IMG/VR virus record: IMGVR_UViG_3300021964_009400
Origin: a virus
Taxonomy: Duplodnaviria; Caudoviricetes
Strand: one strand, 5' to 3'
Length of the DNA stretch: 64,000 nt
The number at the start of each line of letters is the position of its first letter. Positions within the stretch are counted from its first letter, which is position 1. Positions 9,545 through 20,000 of this stretch are shown in pieces. The translations under genes were made by a program, and so were the position numbers. The notes below the pieces were generated by a model, which was given only the letters and a program-made list of their open reading frames with translations, did not search any database and was not told the origin of the DNA.

Positions 9545-10683
9545 TTCATGTAATACCACATCATATTGGAAAAGGTTCATACGCTGCATGGTATGATGTT
9601 ATAGATTTTGAAACAGAAACTCAAGAAGTTAAATTTCATAAGTTTGATAATAGTGTTTCTATTGAAGATAAATACATTTTTGAAGAACAACCACCAAACA
9701 ATGATTATTTTAAATTATTAGAATCACATATACAAGAAATAAAACCAAAACCAAATGATTGGATTGTTTGTGATTTTCAATATTTAAATTACCAAGAACA
9801 ACCTGATAATGAAATAATTAAATTAGCAGAAAAATATAAAGTTAAATTTGTTTTCATAGATGATGATAATTATCAATGTTTTATGGATACTAAATATTTT
9901 ACATTTCACTCTAATAAATTTTATTTAAAGGATTCAACAAAGGTTTTCAACTATTACAGATATAGAATACCACACACAGATTTTTATAAAAATCTTGATA
10001 CTATTCACATTCCATTTTTTGATAACATAAGAGAAAAAAAATTAAATATGTTTGTTGGTGTGGATAAAAAAGAAAGATTTGAAGTATTTAAGCATATACA
10101 TAATATAGGTTTAGATAAGGATTCATATCTTGCATATAGTGCATTTACAAGCAATTATTCAGATGATGAGTTATCTTCGGATTTATTAAAATGGAAAAAA
10201 CAATATATACCAAAAATATTAGATACACCACTTAAAAAAAGCTCTCATGGTGGAGTAAATCCAGACATACCACCATTACCATATTGTATGAATAGTTATG
10301 TTTCTTGTATATTAGAAACACAACTAATGATTGATACTGATAATATAGAAATACACTTAAGTGAAAAAAGTTGGAATCCTTTTGCATCATTTAATATACC
10401 ACTTTATCTATGTGCACATGGAACTCGTAGATATTTAAAAAGACATGGATTTTGGTTGGCATCTGATTTATTTGATACAACTGAAAAAAACTCAAGAAGA
10501 GAAATAATTGAACAATTTAAATCTAATTTAGATATTATAAATAAAATGTCTAAGGAAGAACTACGAAAATATTATACAAATAATTGGAATAAAATCCAAA
10601 ACAATTATAATAAGTTGATGAAACAAAAATTTACATTTAGTAAAAAAAATTATATTCAACCAAAATATAAAACAATTTTATGA
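9541..10683 (+). CDS. Putative glycosyltransferase (GT10-like family, paralogue 1 of 4)
   Basis: C-terminal SCILET..HLSEKSWNPF..HGF motif shared with 30994, 34574 and 38243; 4-nt overlaps with both neighbours. Confidence 0.45.
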   Translation: MIHVIPHHIGKGSYAAWYDVIDFETETQEVKFHKFDNSVSIEDKYIFEEQPPNNDYFKLLESHIQEIKPKPNDWIVCDFQYLNYQEQPDNEIIKLAEKYKVKFVFIDDDNYQCFMDTKYFTFHSNKFYLKDSTKVFNYYRYRIPHTDFYKNLDTIHIPFFDNIREKKLNMFVGVDKKERFEVFKHIHNIGLDKDSYLAYSAFTSNYSDDELSSDLLKWKKQYIPKILDTPLKKSSHGGVNPDIPPLPYCMNSYVSCILETQLMIDTDNIEIHLSEKSWNPFASFNIPLYLCAHGTRRYLKRHGFWLASDLFDTTEKNSRREIIEQFKSNLDIINKMSKEELRKYYTNNWNKIQNNYNKLMKQKFTFSKKNYIQPKYKTIL

Positions 10684-13600
10684 TTATAAATAAGGTTTAT
10701 CATTTGGCAGATTTGCATATTAGAAATCTCCAAAGACATAAAGAATATCGTTTAGTATTCAAAAAGTTTTTAAAACAAGTTAAACAAGATAAAATAGAAG
10801 ATTCGGTTATTTATATCGCTGGTGATATTGCACATGCTAAAACAGAGATGTCACCAGAGTTAATAAAAGAAATTTCATGGTTTCTAACAGAATGTTCTAA
10901 ATTAAGAGAAACTATAATAATTACAGGTAATCACGATTGTAATTTAAACAATTCACATAGATTGGATGTTTTATCACCCATCGTTGAGAATTTAAATAAT
11001 CCAAGAATACATTACTTAAAAGATACTGGTGTTTATAATATCCATAATCTTACTTTCTGTGTGTATTCTATTTTAGATGATAAAGAAAACTGGCCAAAAG
11101 GAAAAGATGTAAATGGAGAAAATACAATCTGTTTATTTCATGGACCAGTAAACAAAGCACAAACTGATATTGGATATACAGTTTCCTCTAATTCATTCCA
11201 AGTGGATATGTTTGATGGATTCGATATGGCAATGTTAGGTGATATTCACAAGAGACAAACATTTGGTAAAGGATACGAGTGGGTTGCCTACGCAGGTTCA
11301 ATGATTCAACAGAATCATGGAGAACTACTCGAAAATCATGGTTACTTATTATGGGATATTCCCACTCGAACCTTTACTGAACATCATATACACAATGATT
11401 ATGGATTCTTAACAGTTGATGTAGTAAATGGTAAGATACCTCAATGGGTGTATGATGAAGTTGGTACTAAACTTCCAAAGTATCCAAGATTAAGATTGAG
11501 ATTCACAAGAACAGAAGCTTCTGATATGAAAAGAAGAATAACTGAACTAAAAAAGTTATTCAAAGTTGCTGAAGTTACTGTAACGAGAACCGATACAATC
11601 GGACAATTAAAAACAAATCAAAAGGTAAATAAAAACATTGTTGGTGATGTTAAAAATGAAACATTTCAAAACTCACTCATTCGAGATTACTTAGAAAGAC
11701 AGTATCTATTAGAAAACGAAGAATTAGATAAGATACAAGAAATAAATTCAGAATTAAATTCACAGATAGATGATTCAGATTCAATGGGTAATATTCTGTG
11801 GACACCAAAAACTTTTGAATTCTCTAATATGTTTTCATATGGAGAAAATAATTTAGTTCGATTTGATAAAGCACAAGGTATTATGGGTATCTTTGCTCCC
11901 AACGCATCAGGTAAATCTTCTATGTGGGATGCTTTATCTTTCTGTATCTATGATAAAACTTCTCGTACAACCTCATCTAAAAACATTTTAAATAATCGTA
12001 GGGATAACTTTTATTGTAAGTTTAACTTTGAGATAGATGGAATAAATTACTTTATTGAAAGACGTGCTAAGTGGACAAGAAAGCAAACCAATCTTAAAGT
12101 AGATGTATCTTTTTGGAGAGAAACTGGTGGAGTTATAGAATCACTCAATGGAGAACAACGAAGAGAAACTAACAAGAACATTGAAAAGTATTTAGGTAAG
12201 TTTGAGGATTTTGTACTAACAACACTTTCACTACAAGGAAATAATGCTTTATTTATTGATAAATCACAATCGGAAAGAAAAGAAATTCTTTCTCAATTTA
12301 TTGGAGTAGATATCTTTGATAAATTATATCAAAAGGCAAGTGATGAAAATAGGGATAATGCAACACTTATCAGAAAATTCAAGTCTGATGATTTTACACA
12401 AAAATTAGCGGACATCGACACTGATTTAAAAGAAAACAAAAATGAATATAAATTAATAGAATTAAGTCAAAAAGCATTAAAAGAAGAAGAAGAACTTTTA
12501 AACAAAAAGATTATATCCCTAAACGAGAAAATCGTTAAGTTGAATGCTGATAGTGGAGTTTCAATCGAAGAATTAGAAAAGAGATTAGGAATCCTCGAAA
12601 ATAAAAAAGGAGATATTGAAACCTCGAAAAGTTCTATACAAGATAGGATTACTCATAGAGAAGAATTACAAATTCAATTAGAAGAAATCTTAGATAAATT
12701 TGATGAAGAAGATTTAGAAGAAGGAATTACAAAATTAAAAATATTTAAAAAAGATTTATCTAACAATGATTTAGAAATTCAAAAAATTTCTATTAAACTA
12801 GAAACATTATACGAAAGAAAAGACCATTTAGATTCTCACAAATATAATGAAGATTGTGATGTTTGTATGGAAAATTCTAAATCTATTTTAGAAACAAAAG
12901 ATGAAGTTAATACTAAAATAAAAGAAAATGAAGAAACTCTACAAGAGTTTGAAAAGCAAAAGTTAAATTTAAATATTGAAATAGATTCTTTAAAAGATTA
13001 CGAAAAAGAATGGAGTAATTTCCAAGAAGCAAAAGAAAAAGAAGATAAGATAGATAGAGAGATATCTCAACTTATTAACAAGTTATCAACAATTGAAACT
13101 GAAGAATTACGAAATTCACAACAGATTACCCAGCAAGACCAACTTATAAATGAATATTATAAGAACGAAGAACAGATTATTAAGAATAAAGAAATAAGAA
13201 ATGAAATCAAAGGAGTACGAGAAAAACTAAATCTTGTAAAAGATGAATTAAAAGATGTAAACTCAAATATTCTTAAATTAAATGGTAAAGTATCAGCATT
13301 ACAAAATCAAAAAGAAACAATCGAAGATAGAATACAAGAAGTAAAAAATTTAGAAGAACAATCTAAGTTATTTGATTTTTACTTAAATGCACTTTCAAAA
13401 GATGGTGTATCTTATGAGTTGATTGAAAAATCATTACCGATGATTGAAGGTGAGGTAAATAATATCCTTGCGCAAATTGTAGAGTTTGGAATGCAACTTG
13501 AAATGGATGGTAAGAACATTAATGCATATCTTGTGTATGGTGACCAAAGATGGAGTTTGGAAATGTGTAGTGGTATGGAAAGGTTTATTAGTGGTTTGGC

Positions 13601-13838
13601 AATCAGAGTTGCTCTAATCAACGTATGTAACCTTCCAAGACCAAATTTCCTTGTTATAGATGAAGGATTTGGTACATTGGATAGTGAGAACCTACAATCT
13701 TTATTTATGTTGTTTACATACCTTAAAACTCAGTTTGATTTCGTTATGGTGATTTCACACATTGACTCGATGAGAGATGTTGTAGATGGTCTTATAGAGA
13801 TTAAAAAAGAAAAAGGATTTTCCCAAGTTAAGTTTTAA
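10680..13838 (+). CDS. Fused SbcD-SbcC (Mre11-Rad50; T4 gp47-gp46-like) recombination nuclease
   Basis: Metallophosphoesterase motifs DLH, GD, GNHD, FHG, GDIH. Then Walker A APNASGKSS, coiled coil with CDVC zinc hook, signature CSGME and Walker B VIDEGFGTLD, all in one frame. Confidence 0.9.
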   Translation: MIINKVYHLADLHIRNLQRHKEYRLVFKKFLKQVKQDKIEDSVIYIAGDIAHAKTEMSPELIKEISWFLTECSKLRETIIITGNHDCNLNNSHRLDVLSPIVENLNNPRIHYLKDTGVYNIHNLTFCVYSILDDKENWPKGKDVNGENTICLFHGPVNKAQTDIGYTVSSNSFQVDMFDGFDMAMLGDIHKRQTFGKGYEWVAYAGSMIQQNHGELLENHGYLLWDIPTRTFTEHHIHNDYGFLTVDVVNGKIPQWVYDEVGTKLPKYPRLRLRFTRTEASDMKRRITELKKLFKVAEVTVTRTDTIGQLKTNQKVNKNIVGDVKNETFQNSLIRDYLERQYLLENEELDKIQEINSELNSQIDDSDSMGNILWTPKTFEFSNMFSYGENNLVRFDKAQGIMGIFAPNASGKSSMWDALSFCIYDKTSRTTSSKNILNNRRDNFYCKFNFEIDGINYFIERRAKWTRKQTNLKVDVSFWRETGGVIESLNGEQRRETNKNIEKYLGKFEDFVLTTLSLQGNNALFIDKSQSERKEILSQFIGVDIFDKLYQKASDENRDNATLIRKFKSDDFTQKLADIDTDLKENKNEYKLIELSQKALKEEEELLNKKIISLNEKIVKLNADSGVSIEELEKRLGILENKKGDIETSKSSIQDRITHREELQIQLEEILDKFDEEDLEEGITKLKIFKKDLSNNDLEIQKISIKLETLYERKDHLDSHKYNEDCDVCMENSKSILETKDEVNTKIKENEETLQEFEKQKLNLNIEIDSLKDYEKEWSNFQEAKEKEDKIDREISQLINKLSTIETEELRNSQQITQQDQLINEYYKNEEQIIKNKEIRNEIKGVREKLNLVKDELKDVNSNILKLNGKVSALQNQKETIEDRIQEVKNLEEQSKLFDFYLNALSKDGVSYELIEKSLPMIEGEVNNILAQIVEFGMQLEMDGKNINAYLVYGDQRWSLEMCSGMERFISGLAIRVALINVCNLPRPNFLVIDEGFGTLDSENLQSLFMLFTYLKTQFDFVMVISHIDSMRDVVDGLIEIKKEKGFSQVKF

Positions 13839-13989
13839 CCCTTAATACATTACTTGGCTTTGGTTGATTAATTCTTTGTTTAATCAATCTTTCTATCAAT
13901 CCACTTTTGGTATATCCATTCTCACAACAGTAATCGTGTAATTCCTTATATAATTCCCTTTTAACTTGTATCGTAGTATATTTTCCCAT
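13828..13989 (-). CDS. 53-aa ribbon-helix-helix-like DNA-binding protein (not in ORF track)
   Basis: Manual translation MGKYTTIQVKRELYKELHDYCCENGYTKSGLIERLIKQRINQPKPSNVLRVKT*. Beta-strand TTIQV, helix, G turn, then SGLIERLI, as in CopG/Arc folds. TATTTATA lies 29 nt upstream on the - strand. Confidence 0.65.
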   Translation of the reverse strand: MGKYTTIQVKRELYKELHDYCCENGYTKSGLIERLIKQRINQPKPSNVLRVKT

Positions 13990-14013
13990 AATCTATATAA
14001 TTCTATATAATAT

Positions 14014-14045
14014 ATATTTATAAATATTATTTGAAGATATTTATA
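14014..14045. promoter_or_regulatory. Divergent promoter region: palindromic TATTTATAAATA plus second ATATTTATA
   Basis: Palindrome 14015-14026 gives the motif on both strands; second copy 14037-14045 is 21 nt before ATG 14067. Confidence 0.6.
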
Positions 14046-14066
14046 TAAAGAAATTAGAAAATCTTT

Positions 14067-17000
14067 ATGGCAATAATAAAATCATTTGCACCATTCCAAA
14101 ATCTAACGAACTTTCAAGTGTTCGAAAATGATACTTTGTCTACCTCTGAATATTTTAGAATTACAGAATTAAGCGAAACTTTAACAGGTGGAAAAAATGG
14201 ATTTTTAATTGAAGGTTCTGAATTTTTAAAAGAAACAACAGAGGTAAAAATAGAAATACTTGATGTTGAAGGAAATCCAATATATTTTGAGCCAGGAAAG
14301 GGTGCACCTGATTATTATGAAGGAAACTCTACATTAGTTTCTGTTCATGTGTATGATGATACACCAATTGGTATTGGAAAAATTACAATTTTAGGTGAAT
14401 TAAAAAGTGTTTTAGGAGAGGAGAATGCAGTTGTTGATATACCCCAAGAATGGAAGGGTGTATATAATGTCAAATGGGAACGACAAATACAAATAAATAA
14501 AAATATTGCAAATGAAACAATTGTAAGATTTTATAAAAGACCATTAGTAACGATTTCAGAAATAGTAAAACCAGTATTTAGTAAAACAATAAATGATACA
14601 ACAGATACTGGTAGTGTAAATGGATTTCCTTTACAACCACCATTAGGTCAAAACTTATCAGAGTGGAGAGCGGGTACAAATTATTTATTACAAAGAACAT
14701 CAGGTAGTTGGGATAGTGATGTTGATGAAAATGTTATAAATATTACTATAACTAAAGATGGTAATGGAGATGTTTACAATAATGAAACTGGTTCTATATA
14801 CACGGCATCTCAATTTCCAAATCAAACTCCAGCTACACAATCAGTACTTAGTGCAACAATTATAGAAGTTCTAAATGATACAGATGTAATAATTGATATT
14901 CCATATGTTAGTTCAAGTTTAGTACAAAATATTTCTGATGAGGCATTTTCAGTATCATATCAAGATATAGAAAACGAAACAACAAGTGAAACTGCTATTA
15001 CAGGTTCTTTTGCAAAGATTGATATTACACAACTAAAAACATTTGTTGGTGATGTTGCAAGAGTAAAGATATTTAGAAAATCAAGAAACGCAGTTGGTGA
15101 TTTCCAATTTGTACAAGAAGCGAAATTAGAATCTCAAGAATTACTAAGAGATGTAACAACTACAACAGATACAGAAGTATTTTATGGAAGATTATCAACC
15201 GATAACCTTTCTACATATTGGGAAACTTCAAATAGTGACCATCCAATAACAGTTGATTCTTCTCAGCTATTTAGAGCTGCAAAAATAGATTACAATAATG
15301 ATAGTGGTAGTGTACAACAATTAATAACTTCTCAATCAATAAATGTATCAAAAGATGTTGAATATACATTAGAATTCAAAACTCTTTTAAGTGGTTCAAT
15401 AGATGATTCAAATAAATCTATAAGAGCATTTTTTAGTGCATCAAACTTTACACAAGATTTTTTAACAGTAAGTGGTTCTGCAATTTACCAATCAAGACAA
15501 GATATATCACAAAATATAATATTACAAAATTCAGGTAGTGCAAAATTAGTTTTTGAAGTTCAAGGAGATGATTGGTACATATCAAATATATCTTTAAGAA
15601 ACGCACAAGATACTTCATTCTCACCAGATGAGTTTACAATCATACAAGATATACCGAGAAAAACTGCAACTGAAACTTTTGATTTTAGATTTGAGTTTTA
15701 TGATATAAATAATAATTTTATACCAGTAGAAGTAAAAGCAACAAAAGAATTTGATGGTGGTAACGATTTTCCAACGAGTGGTAAATTATTTACTTTTGAA
15801 TCAGATAGAAACGCATTTAGATTTTCAAGTGGTTCAATAGGTAATCCACCATTTCAACAAATACAATTTAAAACATCACAACAAAACCTTACAGGCACAA
15901 CAACTTACGCATCTGCTGCATTTGATGAAGATGGTAATTATATAGACCCAAGTTCTTATGGTGGTGATTATCCTGGTGGTTTAACAAGTATTACTCCAGC
16001 AGGTTCTATAATTACAATAGCAAACTTTAGTGGTAGTGAAGATGATGTTGTAGTTGGTTCTATTATTTATACTGCTTCACTAGATGGATTAGAAGAATTT
16101 GAAACTGTATATAGATTAGAAGATGGTGATAATGCACCTCAACTTATAGTAACTTCTAATGCAAATCAATTTATATACGAACCAACAACTCTTTCACCAA
16201 AACCAAGTGGACAAAGTATAACTGTAAGAGCACAGAGAAAAAACTTAGCATCTTTAGTAACTCCTATAACTGTTAATAGTGGTAGTAATAAACCAGCGTT
16301 AACATTTGTAGATACAGTAAATGGAATAGATACTTATACTATCTCTGCAACTCAATTTTCATCTAACTCATTTGAATCTAATTCATTTGAGGAAGTAACA
16401 TATGAATTTACTGGTTCAGATATTTTTGGAAACGAACAAACAGATGAAATAACATTATCTAAGGTAATAAATTTTGATGCAGTTTCTATTGTTTTAACAA
16501 ATGAATCAACATCTTTTCCAGCAAAATCAACTGGTGAAATTTTAGGAGATTTAATACCATCAAGTGGTTCGGTACAAATGTTTATTGGTGGAAATCAAAT
16601 TGAACATGATGATGAAATTGGTGATAGAACAAAAAATACATTTAACATAACATCTTCAATTGGTGATAATGTAACTCCAACAGATACAACTCCAAATACT
16701 TCAAATTATTCTATATCAGCATTTGAAACTACAAAAGATAGTGGTTCATTAACATTAACAATTGATTATCTTGCTGGAGATGGTATTACATCACAATCAT
16801 TTCAAAAGATTGTTTCATATACAAAATCTAAAAAAGCAGTTCCAACTGTCTTAACAAAAGTATCACCATCAACACAAACGATTAATTCAAGTTCTGCCTT
16901 ATTTGAAACTCCTCAAACTATGGAGGTAATTGTTCAAGAAGGTGGTGATGAGTATTCTTATGATAGTAGTTTAACAGGTGGTGGTGATATAAACGCAAGA

Positions 17001-20000
17001 AAATTTGTAATAGATTCATTATCTGTTAATGTTGGTTCTGCCTCTTTTGATGATAATATTATTACTTTATTTACAACATCGACTGTAGATGATATTCCAG
17101 AATTTACTGATGTAACTAATGGATTAACTGGTTCTGCATTTCTTAATTATGTAAATTCTGAAGGAACTTATGTAACTGGTTCAAGAGTTAGATTTGATTT
17201 ATCAGTTTCTAAAATTGGGGTTGATGGTGTAAATGGTGCAAGTGGTTCAAATGCAAGAGCAGTATCTCTTTCATCAGATAAATACGCAATAGTATATGAT
17301 GGTGATGGTAATCTACATCCATCAAATCAAAACTTTACACTTAATGGTTCTGCACAAAACTTTAACACACCTGAATTCCAATTCTTAAGTGGTGGAGCAG
17401 TAATACACGATTTCGCAACTACTTCTGAAGTTGTAATATCATCTTCTGGTTATCCATCAGCTGGAACTTCAATTATTTATGAAGTAAGAACAAGAGAACA
17501 AGGTGGTTCTTATGAAGGTGTGTTTGATAATATAGATGTGTTTGCAGTTCAATCTGGTTCTGATGCTTTCACAGTATTTTTAACTAATGAAGCCCATGTA
17601 TTCTCTGCAACATCAGAATCGGTAGTAACAAGTGATTTATCAGATGGTGCATTTGAGGTTAGATTTTTTAGAGGAGGAGAACAATATAATAGTGGTTCAA
17701 CTGGTAAAACATATAGCGTTTCAGCAACTACATCAAATATAATATTATCAGAGTCACTTGAATCAAATAATCAAGCTAAATTTACTCCAACATCTATAAG
17801 TGGAGATAGTGGTAGTGCATCGATTACAATTACAGATAATAACACATCAAAAACATTTGATAAACAATATTCATTTACATTATCAAAAGAAGGTATTGCT
17901 GGACAAGATGGACAAGATGGTTCAGCAGGAGAAGATTTTAAAGCAGTAAAACTAACTTCTGCAAACTACATTATTTCATATAATGCAGCAGGCAGTTCAC
18001 CATCACCAAGTGGTACAATAACATTAACTGCAACTTCACAAAACTTTACAAATGCATTTTTTAAATTTACAGGCGAAGGTATAACAGATGAAACTTCTTA
18101 TACAGATGGTAGTGGAGCAAACTCCGATACATTCGATTTTTCAGTACCTTCATCATATTTTTCAACTCCAAAAGATATTAGAGTTGGTGTAGCAGAAGGA
18201 AATCAATCTGAATTAGCATTTGATACAATTACAATTACTGCAGTTCAGCCTGGTTCAGATGGACAAGATGGAGACCCTGGCGATGCTGGTGCTGATGCAT
18301 ATACTGTTATTGTTACAAATGAAGCCCATACACTTCCAACTACAAATACTGGTACCGTAACCTACACTGGTTCGGGCACTTCGATTATAGTTTATAAAGG
18401 TGCAACTGAATTAAATAGTGTAACAAGTACACCAACTAGTGGACAATTTAAAGTAACTGCAACTGCAACAAATATTACTGCAGGTTCACAAACTGTAACT
18501 GGTAATCCATCGGTATTTGCAAATGCAAGTTCAATTACTTCTACTACCGCACAAATTTCATTTGCAATTAATATTGAAAATCAAGTAACTATTACAAAAA
18601 TACAAACTTTTAGTAAATCAATACAAGGAGACGATGGAGAAGATGGAGAAGATGGACAAGATGGACAAGATGGTGGAACTGGACCTCAAGGAGATGCTGG
18701 TTTAAGAACTGCACAAGGTATGGTACATTATAATACTACTTCAGCTACTGCACCAAGTAGTCCTAATGATGGTACAACTTCATTTAATTTTAGTACTGGT
18801 GTAATGAGTGGTATGAGAAGTGGGTGGCAAATGGGTACACCTACTTATGAAGCTGGTAACTCAAATAAATATTGGTATGCAACCTTTACTTCAGTAGAAA
18901 ATTCATCTGGTGCAGGAGTTGGTACAAATTCTAATAACTCATTTGGTACAGTAACACAAGCAATTAACTTTACTGGTTTAGTTTCATTTACTGCAACAGA
19001 TACAATTGGTGATGGTACTGATAATTTATCTTTTGGTGTTGCAGGTTCAACTTTAATTAATGGTGATAACATTTCAACTGGTCGAATTATATCTACAAAT
19101 TATGTAACTGGTTCTGGCGATGGGTTTACAAATACTGGTACAGAATTTAGTTTAGATGAAGGATTACTTGCTTCTAAAAACTTTACAATAAAACCAAACG
19201 GTAGTGCTTTCTTTAAAGGAGATTTGACTGGTGCAAGTGGTACATTCTCTGGTACTGTTCAAGTTGGTGGAACTACTTTAACAACTGGTAATACATTAAA
19301 TTCTAACACAACTAAAGACGATGTAAATTTAGGTAATGTAGATAATCAATCTGCAGCAACAATACAAGCAGGGACAACTGCTGCTAATGTTGGTTTAGGT
19401 AATGTTCAAGACTTAAATGCTCAAAACCAAGCACAGACAGGATTAATAGCAGGTACTACAATTACTGGTGGTGGTATAACATTAAATGCTGGTGGTAACA
19501 TAAAAGGTGGACAAACTGCATTTAATACTGGTACTGGTTTCTTTTTAGGATATAGTAGTGGATATAAATTTTCAATCGGAGATGGTTCTACTAAGGGTAT
19601 AACTTGGGATGGAAGTACTTTAACTATTGGTGGTAATGCACAGATTGGTGTAGATTCTATTTCTACTATACAATCAAATGCAAATAGTGCCTTACAAAGT
19701 GGAGATAATATTTCAGTATTAACTAATAATTCAGGCTACCAAAATAATAGTGCTGCAAAAACTGCAGGAAGTGTTGGTGGTTGGACAATTGATTCAAATG
19801 CAATTTATAGAGGAACCGAATTAGCAGATAATACTTATGGAACTTCAACTGGTCAAATAACTTTAGGTGCAGGTTTTATAGGTGCAAAAGAATTTAAAAT
19901 CAGCGCAGCTGGTGTTGCTTCATTTAAGGGTGGAGTTGAAAATGGTGCAACATTAGGTAATTGGAGTGTAAGTGGTGGGGATTTAGTAGATTCTACTGGT

